Below are positions 29,875-39,656 of a stretch of DNA of 64,000 nt, piece after piece (positions within the stretch are counted from its first letter, which is position 1; the number at the start of each line of letters is the position of its first letter). The notes under the pieces were generated by a model, which saw only the letters and a program-made list of their open reading frames with translations, did no database searches and was not told where the DNA came from. The translations under genes and the position numbers were made by a program. The stretch is from Gemmatimonadota bacterium (GTDB taxonomy: Bacteria > JBHIER01 > G020348925): positions 2,743,688-2,807,687 of the forward strand of contig CP070758.1 in the NCBI GenBank assembly GCA_020348925.1. The letters are read 5' to 3'.

Positions 29875-30960
29875 CTAACGCTTTATTCTCGCACTCCCCC
29901 CTTTTGCGACGTGAAGCACCTCATCCAGGGTCACCATGTTCGTGTCACCGCGAGTCGTCTGGGTTAAGGCACCGTGGGCAGCCCCAAGGTTTACGCATTC
30001 CTGCAGTTCCATCCCACGCAAAAATCCGTAGATCATGCCGCTACAAAATCCGTCTCCACCGCCGACACGATCTTCGATCTCGAGGTTTTCGTAACGGATG
30101 GATGTGTAGAATTGTCCATCATGGTAAAGGATAGCCGACCAATTGTTCAACAGGCCACTGACGACCTCGCGGAGGGTCGTTGCCACAACCTGAATATGCG
30201 AATAGGTCCCGATCACCCGTTCAACCATGTCCTTGTATGCCTCGACAGGCAGTCTCTGCAGTGTATCATCCGTACCATTGACTTCAAATCCTAGAACTTT
30301 TTGAAAATCTTCCTCGTTGCCAATGAGAACTGTAACATAGGGTATCAGTTCCTTTGTAACCTCGATTGCTTTTTCACTCGTCCACAGCTTGCTTCGAAAA
30401 TTAAGATCATAGCTGACAACTGTTCCTGCCCTATGGGCGGCCATCATTGCTTCTTGTGCTACTTCCGCACAACTCGCGCTAAGCGCCGTGAAAATACCAC
30501 CGAGATGAAACCAGCGCACGCCCCGTTCTTCAAATATTCGCACCCAATCTACTTCGCCAGGCCTCATATGGCTGGCGGCGGAATGACCGCGATCGTAAAG
30601 CGTTACACTGGGACGAACTCCGATGCCCACCTCCGTAAAATTCAATCCAATCCGGTCGGCTCGCCCTACACCGTCATACGCCACCCACACCACCTCACTC
30701 ATATCCATGCCTGCCGCTCTGGCATGGTTCCGAATAAAGAACCCCAATGGATTTTTCACCAATTTCGATATCCAACCCGTTCGCAGACCGAATCTCGATA
30801 AGGCGTAGGCAACGTTATACTCTCCACCCCCTGCCCACGCTTCAAAAGACGAAGTAAACTCTATCCGTTGATGACCGGGAGGACTCAAACGAATCATGCA
30901 TTCCCCCAATGTCAACACATCCACATCACACTCCGAAACAGATCGTATCTTCAAAGCCAT
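29875..30960 (-). CDS. kdgK: PfkB-family sugar kinase, probable 2-dehydro-3-deoxygluconokinase
   Basis: GECMIRLSPPG; GGGEYNVA; YDRGHSA; SYDLNFRSKLW; GNEED; DRVGGGDGF; same locus as eda and kduD. Confidence 0.85.
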   Translation of the reverse strand: MALKIRSVSECDVDVLTLGECMIRLSPPGHQRIEFTSSFEAWAGGGEYNVAYALSRFGLRTGWISKLVKNPLGFFIRNHARAAGMDMSEVVWVAYDGVGRADRIGLNFTEVGIGVRPSVTLYDRGHSAASHMRPGEVDWVRIFEERGVRWFHLGGIFTALSASCAEVAQEAMMAAHRAGTVVSYDLNFRSKLWTSEKAIEVTKELIPYVTVLIGNEEDFQKVLGFEVNGTDDTLQRLPVEAYKDMVERVIGTYSHIQVVATTLREVVSGLLNNWSAILYHDGQFYTSIRYENLEIEDRVGGGDGFCSGMIYGFLRGMELQECVNLGAAHGALTQTTRGDTNMVTLDEVLHVAKGGSARIKR

Positions 30961-30994
30961 GAACCTAACCTCCTCAGTATTTCCAAAGTTTCGA

Positions 30995-32278
30995 TCAGGA
31001 AGTGTCCGTTTTGAGTCTATACAGAACTTCACCCGCATTCTCGACAAAAAGAATGCCTTCTTTCTCTCGACCTTTCCATTCGGAAAAATCTATGGTCTCA
31101 GCATCCCGACAGCTAAGGTTGATCCGCTCACAGGTCTCCGGAGCAATTCCCGTCGCCAGGGTGACTTTAATCCTCGGTTTCTCGATGCCGTTTTCAAAGG
31201 TACCGATACCTCGCACATGGGTCGAATGCGCCAGAACGCACCGCGGAATGTCGCCAAACTTATCCATCTGCTTTAAATAATAGTCACCCACATGATAGCC
31301 GATACGATGAAGTATCTCGCCATGAGTATGCGAGATCTTTGTAATATGAGGAGCATAAATGATAAGCTCTCCCCCATCCGCGACAACGGACTCCAACTTA
31401 TACATGACCTTTCCCGCAACCCAAATGTCATCATAGTAGAGCGGTGCCACACCAAGAACCGTATGAAAAGGTTTTTCAAAGTACTGGATATGAAGTATTT
31501 GAGATAAATCAGCCGCGTGTGACCAGGCTTCTTCGACGCTACCGATGAACAAGCCACTCAGTTTTTTCTCGTGCACCACCATGCAGAAGCATATTCTGGG
31601 GACCTCCAAGAGCGACGCCGCTCGGTCCAGAAGTTTGCGAACAGGATTCTGTTTCGTCCCGTTTATGACCGAATTCGTAATGAGAGCGGACAGCCAATGG
31701 AAACAGTGAATGATGCATTCCCCGGCGATCCCCGGAAAGAGGTACTTGTTCCCGCCGGAAAAACCCGCCACTTCATGCGGCACAACAGGGCTCATAATTA
31801 TTAAAAAATCGTAGTCGAGAATCATTTTATTCAACGTCACTTCGACTTCTTCTTTCAGGAGGTGATTTGAAATGTCATCGATCTCATGCTCCGGTATTGT
31901 TCCAATGGTCACTAACGCTTCGGGTTTGTCATGGGCGTGATTAAAAAACTTGACTTTTTCATACTTTTGATGGAGCTCCCTCTGCGAAACGCCGACCCGC
32001 TCGCAGATTTGCTCCTCATCCATCGGTTGATGCGTACCGAGGGCAATCAGATAATCCAAATTCTTCACCTGATCACCGAGCAGCTCAAAAAGCAGTCGAA
32101 AGAACACCGGGATGGGGGCATTACGAGTCAGATCGGGAATAATGACCAGGACACGCTTGTCTCTCAGGTTACATTGAGACAAGGCCTGCTCGGTAAAGGC
32201 ACGGATCTCGTCCTCGGTGATAGATCCTTGTTCAAGCCCTTTTCCAATGACCGTACTCACTTCATCCGCTCCTGCCAT
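30995..32278 (-). CDS. LarA-family (nickel-pincer) racemase/epimerase, candidate D-mannonate/D-gluconate 2-epimerase (GntE-like)
   Basis: IIPDLTR; IALGTH; FFNH; PHEVAGFSGGNKYLFPGIAG; FHWL; AGKVM; overlaps the gnd stop. Confidence 0.85.
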   Translation of the reverse strand: MAGADEVSTVIGKGLEQGSITEDEIRAFTEQALSQCNLRDKRVLVIIPDLTRNAPIPVFFRLLFELLGDQVKNLDYLIALGTHQPMDEEQICERVGVSQRELHQKYEKVKFFNHAHDKPEALVTIGTIPEHEIDDISNHLLKEEVEVTLNKMILDYDFLIIMSPVVPHEVAGFSGGNKYLFPGIAGECIIHCFHWLSALITNSVINGTKQNPVRKLLDRAASLLEVPRICFCMVVHEKKLSGLFIGSVEEAWSHAADLSQILHIQYFEKPFHTVLGVAPLYYDDIWVAGKVMYKLESVVADGGELIIYAPHITKISHTHGEILHRIGYHVGDYYLKQMDKFGDIPRCVLAHSTHVRGIGTFENGIEKPRIKVTLATGIAPETCERINLSCRDAETIDFSEWKGREKEGILFVENAGEVLYRLKTDTS

Positions 32279-33672
32279 TCTGTATGAAAGACACCCTCCT
32301 TGTCTATCCGTCTGTAGGTATGAGCACCAAAACAGTCACGCTGTGCTTGCAGGAGGTTTGCCGGTAACCGCTCCTGACGATAGCTGTCGATATATCCCAA
32401 AGAGGCGCTGAAGGCCAAACAGGGAATGCCCAACTCATTTGCCGTTCGAACCGCATATCTCAGATCCTTCTGCAATTCATTCACCATTGAGGCGAAATGA
32501 GGACTTATCAGGAGATTCACCAACTCATGATCTTCTTTGAAAGCTTCCCGAATCGAATCAAGCAGTCGTGCCCGAATTATACATCCCCCTTTCCAGATGC
32601 GAGCGATCTCGGCAAACTGTAAGTCAAAGCTGTATTCCGTGGACGCCTCGCGCATGAGTGCAAACCCCTGAGCATAGGCAGTAACCATAGTCAACTTCAT
32701 GGCGCAACGTAGCGATTCGATGAATTCTTCTTTCTTCTCCTTAAACTGTATTGGAGGTCCATGCAACACTCTCGAAGCTTCAACTCGCTCCTTTTTGAAG
32801 GCCGATAGAATTCTTGCTTCCACGGCAGCGTTGACAGTGGGGATGGCCACACCAAGATCGAAAGCATTTTGCGACGCCCACTTCCCTGTTCCCTTTTGAC
32901 CGGCCTGGTCCAGGATAACATCCACTACAGGTTGATTTGTTTCATCGTCCACTTTTCCCAAAACGGCAGCTGTCACTTCCATGAGGAAACAGTTCAATTC
33001 CCCATCATTCCAAGTGCAATAAATGTCTTGAACCTCGTCAGCCTTCATCTTAAAGGCTATTTTCAGAATATCATATGTTTCACAGATCAGTTGCATGATG
33101 CCGTATTCAATGGCATTGTGAACCATTTTCACGTAATGACCTGCTCCTCCCGGACCGATGTATGCGCAACAAGGACCATCGTCAACTTGAGCGGCAATGC
33201 GTGTGAGAATGGGTTTTACGAGTTCGTATCCTTCCTTCCGTCCACCAGGCATAATTGACGGACCCCACAAAGCACCCTCCTCCCCACCCGAAATACCGGC
33301 TCCTATAAAATGAAGACCAACTGCATCGAGTTCCATTCCGCGCCTATCAGTGTCCTTGAAATGAGAATTCCCTCCGTCGATGATAAGATCTCCCTCATTC
33401 AGATGCGGTTGTAATTGGCCGATTACTGTATCGACAGGATCTCCCGCCGGTACCATGAGGAGTATCTTTTTCGGGGTATCAAGTAATTGAAGAAATTCCT
33501 CCAAAGCGTTTGTGACTGATATCTTTTTCCCAGAAAATTTTTCCTCTGAAACTCTCAATTGTTCGCAAGAGACATCAAGACCTACAACCGAAAATCCGTT
33601 ACGTTCCATATTCAGAGCAAGATTTCGTCCCATCACACCCATACCAATAATGCCAATGTCATGTTTCTTCAT
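32257..33672 (-). CDS. gndA: NADP-dependent 6-phosphogluconate dehydrogenase (decarboxylating)
   Basis: GMGVMGRNLALN; IDGGNS; SGGEEGA; VKMVHNAIEYG; AGQKGTGKW; QAQRDCFGAHTY. Confidence 0.97.
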   Translation of the reverse strand: MKKHDIGIIGMGVMGRNLALNMERNGFSVVGLDVSCEQLRVSEEKFSGKKISVTNALEEFLQLLDTPKKILLMVPAGDPVDTVIGQLQPHLNEGDLIIDGGNSHFKDTDRRGMELDAVGLHFIGAGISGGEEGALWGPSIMPGGRKEGYELVKPILTRIAAQVDDGPCCAYIGPGGAGHYVKMVHNAIEYGIMQLICETYDILKIAFKMKADEVQDIYCTWNDGELNCFLMEVTAAVLGKVDDETNQPVVDVILDQAGQKGTGKWASQNAFDLGVAIPTVNAAVEARILSAFKKERVEASRVLHGPPIQFKEKKEEFIESLRCAMKLTMVTAYAQGFALMREASTEYSFDLQFAEIARIWKGGCIIRARLLDSIREAFKEDHELVNLLISPHFASMVNELQKDLRYAVRTANELGIPCLAFSASLGYIDSYRQERLPANLLQAQRDCFGAHTYRRIDKEGVFHTEWQERMK

Positions 33673-33701
33673 TGTGCCTTTCCTTTTGGATGATATGCTC
33701 G

Positions 33702-34484
33702 CTAAATCGTCATTGCGGAGAAGCCACCGTCAATCCGAACGATGGCTCCTGTCACAAAAGACGACGCTCTCTTCGAAGCCAACCAAAGTACTGCCCCTAC
33801 CAGTTCCTCGGGCTCGCCGAACCGCGCCATCGGTGTATGGCGAAAAATAGATTCGATCCGATCCTTTGTCAGCAGTTTGCGATTCTGCTCGGCCGGGAAA
33901 AATCCCGGAGCGATGGCGTTGACCCGAACTCTATGTATCGCCCATTCACGGGCGAGGAACTGGGTAAGATTATTGACACCGGCCTTGGAGATACCGTAGG
34001 TAAACACCTTTGAAAGAGGAGGACCTGATGAGGCGGAGGAAATGTTGATAATACTCCCACCCTCCCCCTGCTCGACCATCCTCTGTCCGAAAATCTGACA
34101 GGCAAGAAACATACTTTTTAGATTTACGTCCAATATCTTGTGCCACTCGTCCTCAGTTATTTCGAAAAAGGGCGTTCCGGAATTAATGCCTGGTGCATTG
34201 ATGAGGATATCCACGCGCCCCCATGCAGATACAATCTCCCCCCTCGCATGTTCTAATTGCACCCTACTGCTGGCATCCGCTTGGAGAGCCAGAGTTTCCA
34301 CGTCTGTCTGATTTTTTATGTGAGACATCTGCTTTTCGGCGCTCTCCTTGTTGATATCCAATATGGCCACGCGGGCACCTGCCTTGGCTAAAGCTCCAGC
34401 CATAGCACCGGCCAGCACTCCCCCTCCCCCGATGACTATGGCAACTTTCTTCTTCAATCCGAAGAGGGATTCGAAATATCCCAT
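33702..34484 (-). CDS. SDR oxidoreductase, probable fructuronate reductase/D-mannonate oxidoreductase (UxuB-like)
   Basis: IGGGGVLA; PLSKVFTYGISKAG (YxxxK); APGFFPAEQNRKLL; HTPMARFGEPEEL; lies between uxaE and gndA. Confidence 0.8.
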   Translation of the reverse strand: MGYFESLFGLKKKVAIVIGGGGVLAGAMAGALAKAGARVAILDINKESAEKQMSHIKNQTDVETLALQADASSRVQLEHARGEIVSAWGRVDILINAPGINSGTPFFEITEDEWHKILDVNLKSMFLACQIFGQRMVEQGEGGSIINISSASSGPPLSKVFTYGISKAGVNNLTQFLAREWAIHRVRVNAIAPGFFPAEQNRKLLTKDRIESIFRHTPMARFGEPEELVGAVLWLASKRASSFVTGAIVRIDGGFSAMTI

Positions 34485-34516
34485 GATTTTTCTCCTTTGT
34501 CACGACGTCCAAAGAT

Positions 34517-36076
34517 TTAAAGAAAAGGCGCAATATGCCTTTTCATATGCTGTTCCAAGTTATCGTAATGGACCTCTTCATATATCTTGAGACAATCTCG
34601 TATGCGGTCTCGAAATAGATAATTGCCCTCGCTGTCCTTTTCAGTCAAAACAGAGCCAAAGCCAACATGCAAAACCTGACGAGCATTCTCGTCATCAAAT
34701 AAAGCTTGAAGCTGATCATCCGAGCAACGAGTGCCCGCCGGAACATTTTCTATCTCCGCAGAAATGTGATAGGTCGATCTATTCACATGAAATCCCTGCC
34801 TGGAGAAATCAAGGATCGCTCTGAAGAGATCAGGATTTTTTGATGAAATAGTTTGTAAGGCCACAAGATAGCTCGTTCCTGCCGTTTTGATGTGAACGTA
34901 TCCACCCCTCAGATTCCCTACGATATGATACACGCTGAATTTATCACTGCCGGAATGAAAACTGAGCTTATAGGGCCCCATATGTTGAGAGATGAGTGCA
35001 TGCTTTTCATATTCTTTCTGAAACCGACCAAGATCCCCTTTGTAGTCAATGCCCTTTTCAAAATCTCCGATAAAACGTGGAGCAAGGCTTATGAATTTCA
35101 CTCCCAATCTCTTTAATTCAGTTGCTATGAAATAATGCTCGAAAGTCGTTGTCACAGCATCCGTCTCATCAACGGACATTTCCAATTCAAAAGGTTTCCC
35201 GGACATAGCATCAAGGAGATAATGATACATTGTATAGGTATAAAGAATAGCTCTTCCGTATTTCGCAATGGCACGATAGATTTCTTCCCGATCCGGATTC
35301 AAAGTCAACCCGTCACTCAGCTTGATGATTCGCCCTGCGTGTCTTTTTTCGCAGTCTGCGAGAGTGTCCTCCAGCTCGGACCATGCAATGGCACCTACTT
35401 TCTCTCTGAGCTCAGCTCCCGAACAGATATCGGCTTCGTTATCAACATGATCTCCGGGATCGATGGTATACATCGTGTAGCCCGCCTTTACCATCAGGTC
35501 GATATCCTCTTCCGTTTTCAGATGGTCCGCATCGGCCCCAAATCCGTCGCGATATCCTTCCTGAAAGACAGCCCACGTGGCTGCATCGATCACTTCCTCA
35601 GGTGTGCGCTCGGTCCGAGTGAGCTCCCGGATGGATTGCTGGGCCAGAATCGCCTTCATTGATGTTCCCGCAACGGCTCGAATATGGCCAGGCCCCGCCA
35701 AGCCCAGTCGATCACCCAAACCAAGGGAATGTCCAGGCTCAAGAATCGTGGGAGCAGTAAAGGAAAATAGATTCCGCATCGTTAGCGCATTTTGATGATG
35801 CAAGGAGCATTTTTTAAGATTCAACTTCCCACGTTCTATATTTTGTGCCACAATTTCACCATTAAAACTTCCCCACCTCGTATCATCACTGCTGTTGAAG
35901 AGAATCCACAGATATTTCACCCCACCCGAGATACCCAAATAAACATAATCCTCTCCGCTCATTATAATGGACCGAGGATATACCTCAACTTCAAGTGCAT
36001 CGGAAAATCGAATTGTCCTGCGTTCATGGGAAAAAGTGTTTTTTGCATCCTCCAGCAATGTCACACATCTCGTCAA
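34517..36076 (-). CDS. uxaE: Tagaturonate/fructuronate epimerase
   Basis: GLGDRLGLA; AQQSIRELTRT; FGADADHLK; ELEMSVDET; SLAPRFIGDFEKGIDY; SFHSGSDKF; HIKTAGTSYL; TTG start with GAGGAGG RBS. Confidence 0.93.
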   Translation of the reverse strand: MTRCVTLLEDAKNTFSHERRTIRFSDALEVEVYPRSIIMSGEDYVYLGISGGVKYLWILFNSSDDTRWGSFNGEIVAQNIERGKLNLKKCSLHHQNALTMRNLFSFTAPTILEPGHSLGLGDRLGLAGPGHIRAVAGTSMKAILAQQSIRELTRTERTPEEVIDAATWAVFQEGYRDGFGADADHLKTEEDIDLMVKAGYTMYTIDPGDHVDNEADICSGAELREKVGAIAWSELEDTLADCEKRHAGRIIKLSDGLTLNPDREEIYRAIAKYGRAILYTYTMYHYLLDAMSGKPFELEMSVDETDAVTTTFEHYFIATELKRLGVKFISLAPRFIGDFEKGIDYKGDLGRFQKEYEKHALISQHMGPYKLSFHSGSDKFSVYHIVGNLRGGYVHIKTAGTSYLVALQTISSKNPDLFRAILDFSRQGFHVNRSTYHISAEIENVPAGTRCSDDQLQALFDDENARQVLHVGFGSVLTEKDSEGNYLFRDRIRDCLKIYEEVHYDNLEQHMKRHIAPFL

Positions 36077-36108
36077 CGGAATAAACCTCCTCTTTTCATT
36101 CGTTTCTT

Positions 36109-36780
36109 CTATTGATCTCTCTTTGCCCGGATCTTTTCTCTGGCACTGCGGATTATTGCCACAAATTTAGCTGCAAGATCTGTGAGCTGGTTCCACTGTT
36201 CATTGCGAATGGCCTCTTTTCTCAAGAGGGAACCGCCTGCACCCAGAAAATCAGCTCCCGCCTCAATGAACTGTGAGGCGTTCTCCAGATTGATTCCACC
36301 TGTGGGCGTGAGCCGGATCCGTGGCAACGGCCCTTTTATGTCTTTGAAAAACTGTGGGCCTAAAACCGTTGCTGGAAAGACTTTCACCACGTCAGCCCCA
36401 GCTTCCCAGGCGCGTAATATCTCCGTCGGTGTGAATGCCCCAGGCACACACACTTTATCGTAGTTATGGGTTGCCTCTACAATCTCGCCTTTAAAAATGG
36501 GGCTGACGATAAACTCAGCACCGGCCGATATTGCAGAACGTGCCGTATCGGCATCGAGCACAGTACCAGCTCCGATGAGAACTTTCTGACCCAATTTCCT
36601 GGATAGCTCTGTGATGATGTCCAGCGCTCCGGGGGTCGTCATGGTGATCTCGATACACGAAAGACCGCCCCTGCCTAAAGCTTCAACCACCTGGAGCAAG
36701 TTTTGCGTTTCGGCCATCCGTATGACGGCCACCAAGCCATCGTCGACCATTCGTTTCAGAATATGTTCTCGTTTCTCCAT
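36109..36780 (-). CDS. eda: KDPG/KHG aldolase
   Basis: VAVIR; EITMTTPGA; IGAGTVL; FIVSP; PGAFTPTEI; VKVFPA; PTGGI. Confidence 0.96.
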   Translation of the reverse strand: MEKREHILKRMVDDGLVAVIRMAETQNLLQVVEALGRGGLSCIEITMTTPGALDIITELSRKLGQKVLIGAGTVLDADTARSAISAGAEFIVSPIFKGEIVEATHNYDKVCVPGAFTPTEILRAWEAGADVVKVFPATVLGPQFFKDIKGPLPRIRLTPTGGINLENASQFIEAGADFLGAGGSLLRKEAIRNEQWNQLTDLAAKFVAIIRSAREKIRAKRDQ

Positions 36781-36804
36781 CTCTCTCCATTCGATGAAAA
36801 TCCG

Positions 36805-38100
36805 TCAATAGCCGAAGAGTCTGGGTAAAAACAGGGTCAGCTCAGGAATGTAGGTAATGATCATCAGGACTACGATCATGACAATAAAGAACGGCAGTAA
36901 ATACCGGGTTACATCGACAATAGTCGTTTTTGCGATGCCACATCCGACAAACAGCACCGAGCCCACCGGCGGTGTACACAAACCAATGCATAAGTTGAGG
37001 ACCATGATGATGCCAAAATGAAGTGGGGTCAGACCCAACTGAATGACAACCGGCAGGAAAATCGGTGTAAAGATAAGAACCGCGGGCGTCATGTCCATAA
37101 AGGTTCCCACGGCCAGAAGAAGAACATTGATGATAAGGAGGATAAGGACCTTACTGTCGGTCATGGCTATCAGGGCCGCACTCACATTCTGAGGCAGGTT
37201 CTCGTAAGACATGATCCAGGACATGGCCGTGGAGGTACCGATCAATAACATGACGATGGCCGTGGTTTCGACCGTGGCCAGGAGAATGTCCGGAAGCTCC
37301 TTCACTTTAACCTCACGATAGATAACGACGGCCAAAAGTAAAGAATAGATGACCGCTACGGCGCTGGCTTCGGTGGCGGTAAAGATTCCGGCAATGATCC
37401 CCCCGATAACGATGACGACCAGCAGCAGACTGGGTATGGCATCGAAGAATTTCTTCACACCCTCCCAAACCGGGAGCCGCTCCCCCACGGGATATTTTTT
37501 TCTGACGGCAACAACAGCACAGACACCCATCAGGCCCAGGCCGACCAGAATGCCGGGGATATATCCGGCGATGAAGAGGGCGGCAATGGAGACCCCGCCG
37601 CTAGCCAGGGAATAGACAATGAGGATATTGCTGGGAGGAATGAGCAGCCCCGTTGTGGCAGAGGTGACATTGACCGCGGCGTTAAAATTCTTATCATACC
37701 CTTCCTTGTTCATCAGTGGAATCATGAAACCACCAATAGCCGACGTGGCAGCCACAGCGGAGCCCGAGATGGCCCCAAAAAACATGCAGGCCAGAACATT
37801 CACATAGGCCAGACCGCCGGGAAACACACCGACGATCACCTTGGCAAAATTGATGAGTCTTCGAGCGATCCCTCCTCTTCCCATCAGTTTGCCGGACAGT
37901 ATAAAGAAGGGGATGGCCAGCAGGGCAAAACTGTCCAGACCCGTTGCCATGCGCTGGGCCACGGTGGTCACGGCCGGCCCGGTCTGGACAGTAAACAGCA
38001 TGGTCAATATCGTGGCAATACCGATACTGTAGGATATGGGCACACTCACAGCCAGAAGGATGACGAAGCTGATGATCAATACGAATACCGATATGTTCAT
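36805..38100 (-). CDS. dctM: TRAP transporter large permease
   Basis: SFALLAIPFFILSG; FFGAISGSAVA; LLIPPS; FTATEA; CTPPVG. Confidence 0.95.
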   Translation of the reverse strand: MNISVFVLIISFVILLAVSVPISYSIGIATILTMLFTVQTGPAVTTVAQRMATGLDSFALLAIPFFILSGKLMGRGGIARRLINFAKVIVGVFPGGLAYVNVLACMFFGAISGSAVAATSAIGGFMIPLMNKEGYDKNFNAAVNVTSATTGLLIPPSNILIVYSLASGGVSIAALFIAGYIPGILVGLGLMGVCAVVAVRKKYPVGERLPVWEGVKKFFDAIPSLLLVVIVIGGIIAGIFTATEASAVAVIYSLLLAVVIYREVKVKELPDILLATVETTAIVMLLIGTSTAMSWIMSYENLPQNVSAALIAMTDSKVLILLIINVLLLAVGTFMDMTPAVLIFTPIFLPVVIQLGLTPLHFGIIMVLNLCIGLCTPPVGSVLFVGCGIAKTTIVDVTRYLLPFFIVMIVVLMIITYIPELTLFLPRLFGY

Positions 38101-38113
38101 GACTTCAACCTTT

Positions 38114-38644
38114 TCAATCTATAGTTGCTGTTAATCTTTCATCGGGAATCAGTTTTTCCGTATCCTGTCCCTTCCACTCCATGAATGTTTCGTACATGAA
38201 AAAGAAAGAATAATACATCATAATGATTCCCGTGATGGGAAGGACTGAGTAGACGTAGCCCATTTTGATGCCCAAAGCCGCCGAGACCTGATTCAAGTCG
38301 AGGGTGATCTGCACGAGCCTGATCCCTCCCAGAACAAGAACGGTGAAACTGAAAATAAAGATACACCCATTGACAAAAAATGTTGAAATGTTTCTTTTGA
38401 TGCCCTTCAATTTGTACGTCAGGATATCAATGCCGAGATGGGCCTTGGTTCTCAGGGCATAACTGGCTCCAAGCAACCCTATCCAGATGAGCAGAAACGT
38501 CGCCAGCTCCTCAGTAAACGAACTTGGATGCTGGAGAATAAAGCGGGTGATCACCTGCCAGGTCACATCGAGGACCATGACGGCCATGAGAACAATGAGC
38601 ACTTTGCTCAATACCGAATCGATCACGGAAGTCAGTTTTTTCAT
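38114..38644 (-). CDS. dctQ: TRAP transporter small permease
   Basis: WQVITRF...TEELA...W...LGA...HLGID; four TM segments. Confidence 0.93.
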   Translation of the reverse strand: MKKLTSVIDSVLSKVLIVLMAVMVLDVTWQVITRFILQHPSSFTEELATFLLIWIGLLGASYALRTKAHLGIDILTYKLKGIKRNISTFFVNGCIFIFSFTVLVLGGIRLVQITLDLNQVSAALGIKMGYVYSVLPITGIIMMYYSFFFMYETFMEWKGQDTEKLIPDERLTATID

Positions 38645-38657
38645 ACCTGTATCCTTG

Positions 38658-39644
38658 TTATGGAATCGCCTCTATTTCTTTCATGATCCGATACACAGGT
38701 TGTCCACGATAGGATTCGTGCATCGACTGTACTTTCTCCTGGAAAGGTGTTTTGTCAGGATAGATCACTTTGACACCGGCCTTTTGCACCTCAGCCAGAG
38801 CGTGCTCACTTCCTTCCTTCCACAATGTCCTTTGATAGTCCACCGATTCATCCACAGCCGCCTGAACCCATTCCTGTTCCTGGGGCGTCAAGCTGTTCCA
38901 CACATGGGTACTCATAATCAGGATATCGGGGACAGAGGTGTGTTCATCAAGACTGTAATACTTGCAGACTTCATAGTGTTTGGACAGATAGAAACTCGGA
39001 GGGTTGTTCTCCGCCCCGTCGACAACGCCCTGCTGAAGAGCGGTGTACAACTCACCCCATGAGATCGGAGTTGCCGAACCCCCCAGGGTTTGAATCATTT
39101 TCACGGACGTGAGGCTCTTCTGCACCCGGATTTTGAGTCCCTCCAGATCGTTGGGATTCTCTATGGGGACTTCCTTGGTGTAGAAACTTCTGCTTCCAGC
39201 ATCATAGTAACACATCCCCTTCAGATAGTATTTCTCCCCGGCAGACAGCAGTCGCTTCCCGATGTCACCCTTGAGCACCTTCCACAGATGATCCTCGTCC
39301 CGGAAAATGTATGGGATACTGAAAACCTTCATCTCCGGTATGAAACCCTCCAACGGGCTTGTGGACACTTTGGTCATGGCCAAACTGCCGATCTGAAGAA
39401 GCTCGACGAGCTCACGCTCTGCGCCCAACTGCTCACTGGGATAAATATCTATACAGACCTGTCCCCTCGATTTTTGCTCGACCAATTCCGCCATGTAGAC
39501 CATTCCCCGATGCACGGGATGATTGATATCCAGGGCGTGGGCCAGTTTCAAGACCCGCACTTTTGATTGGGTCTGGCAGCCGGCCTGAAATATCGATACA
39601 AGACAGATAAGAATAAAGAGCTTCTTCAAATTCTCAGTTTTCAT
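38658..39644 (-). CDS. dctP: TRAP substrate-binding protein (probable lipoprotein, likely sugar-acid binding)
   Basis: FQAGC lipobox; IYPSEQLG; DLEGLKIRVQ; GELYTALQQGVVDGAENN. Confidence 0.95.
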   Translation of the reverse strand: MKTENLKKLFILICLVSIFQAGCQTQSKVRVLKLAHALDINHPVHRGMVYMAELVEQKSRGQVCIDIYPSEQLGAERELVELLQIGSLAMTKVSTSPLEGFIPEMKVFSIPYIFRDEDHLWKVLKGDIGKRLLSAGEKYYLKGMCYYDAGSRSFYTKEVPIENPNDLEGLKIRVQKSLTSVKMIQTLGGSATPISWGELYTALQQGVVDGAENNPPSFYLSKHYEVCKYYSLDEHTSVPDILIMSTHVWNSLTPQEQEWVQAAVDESVDYQRTLWKEGSEHALAEVQKAGVKVIYPDKTPFQEKVQSMHESYRGQPVYRIMKEIEAIP

Positions 39645-39656
39645 AAATATTCGCTT

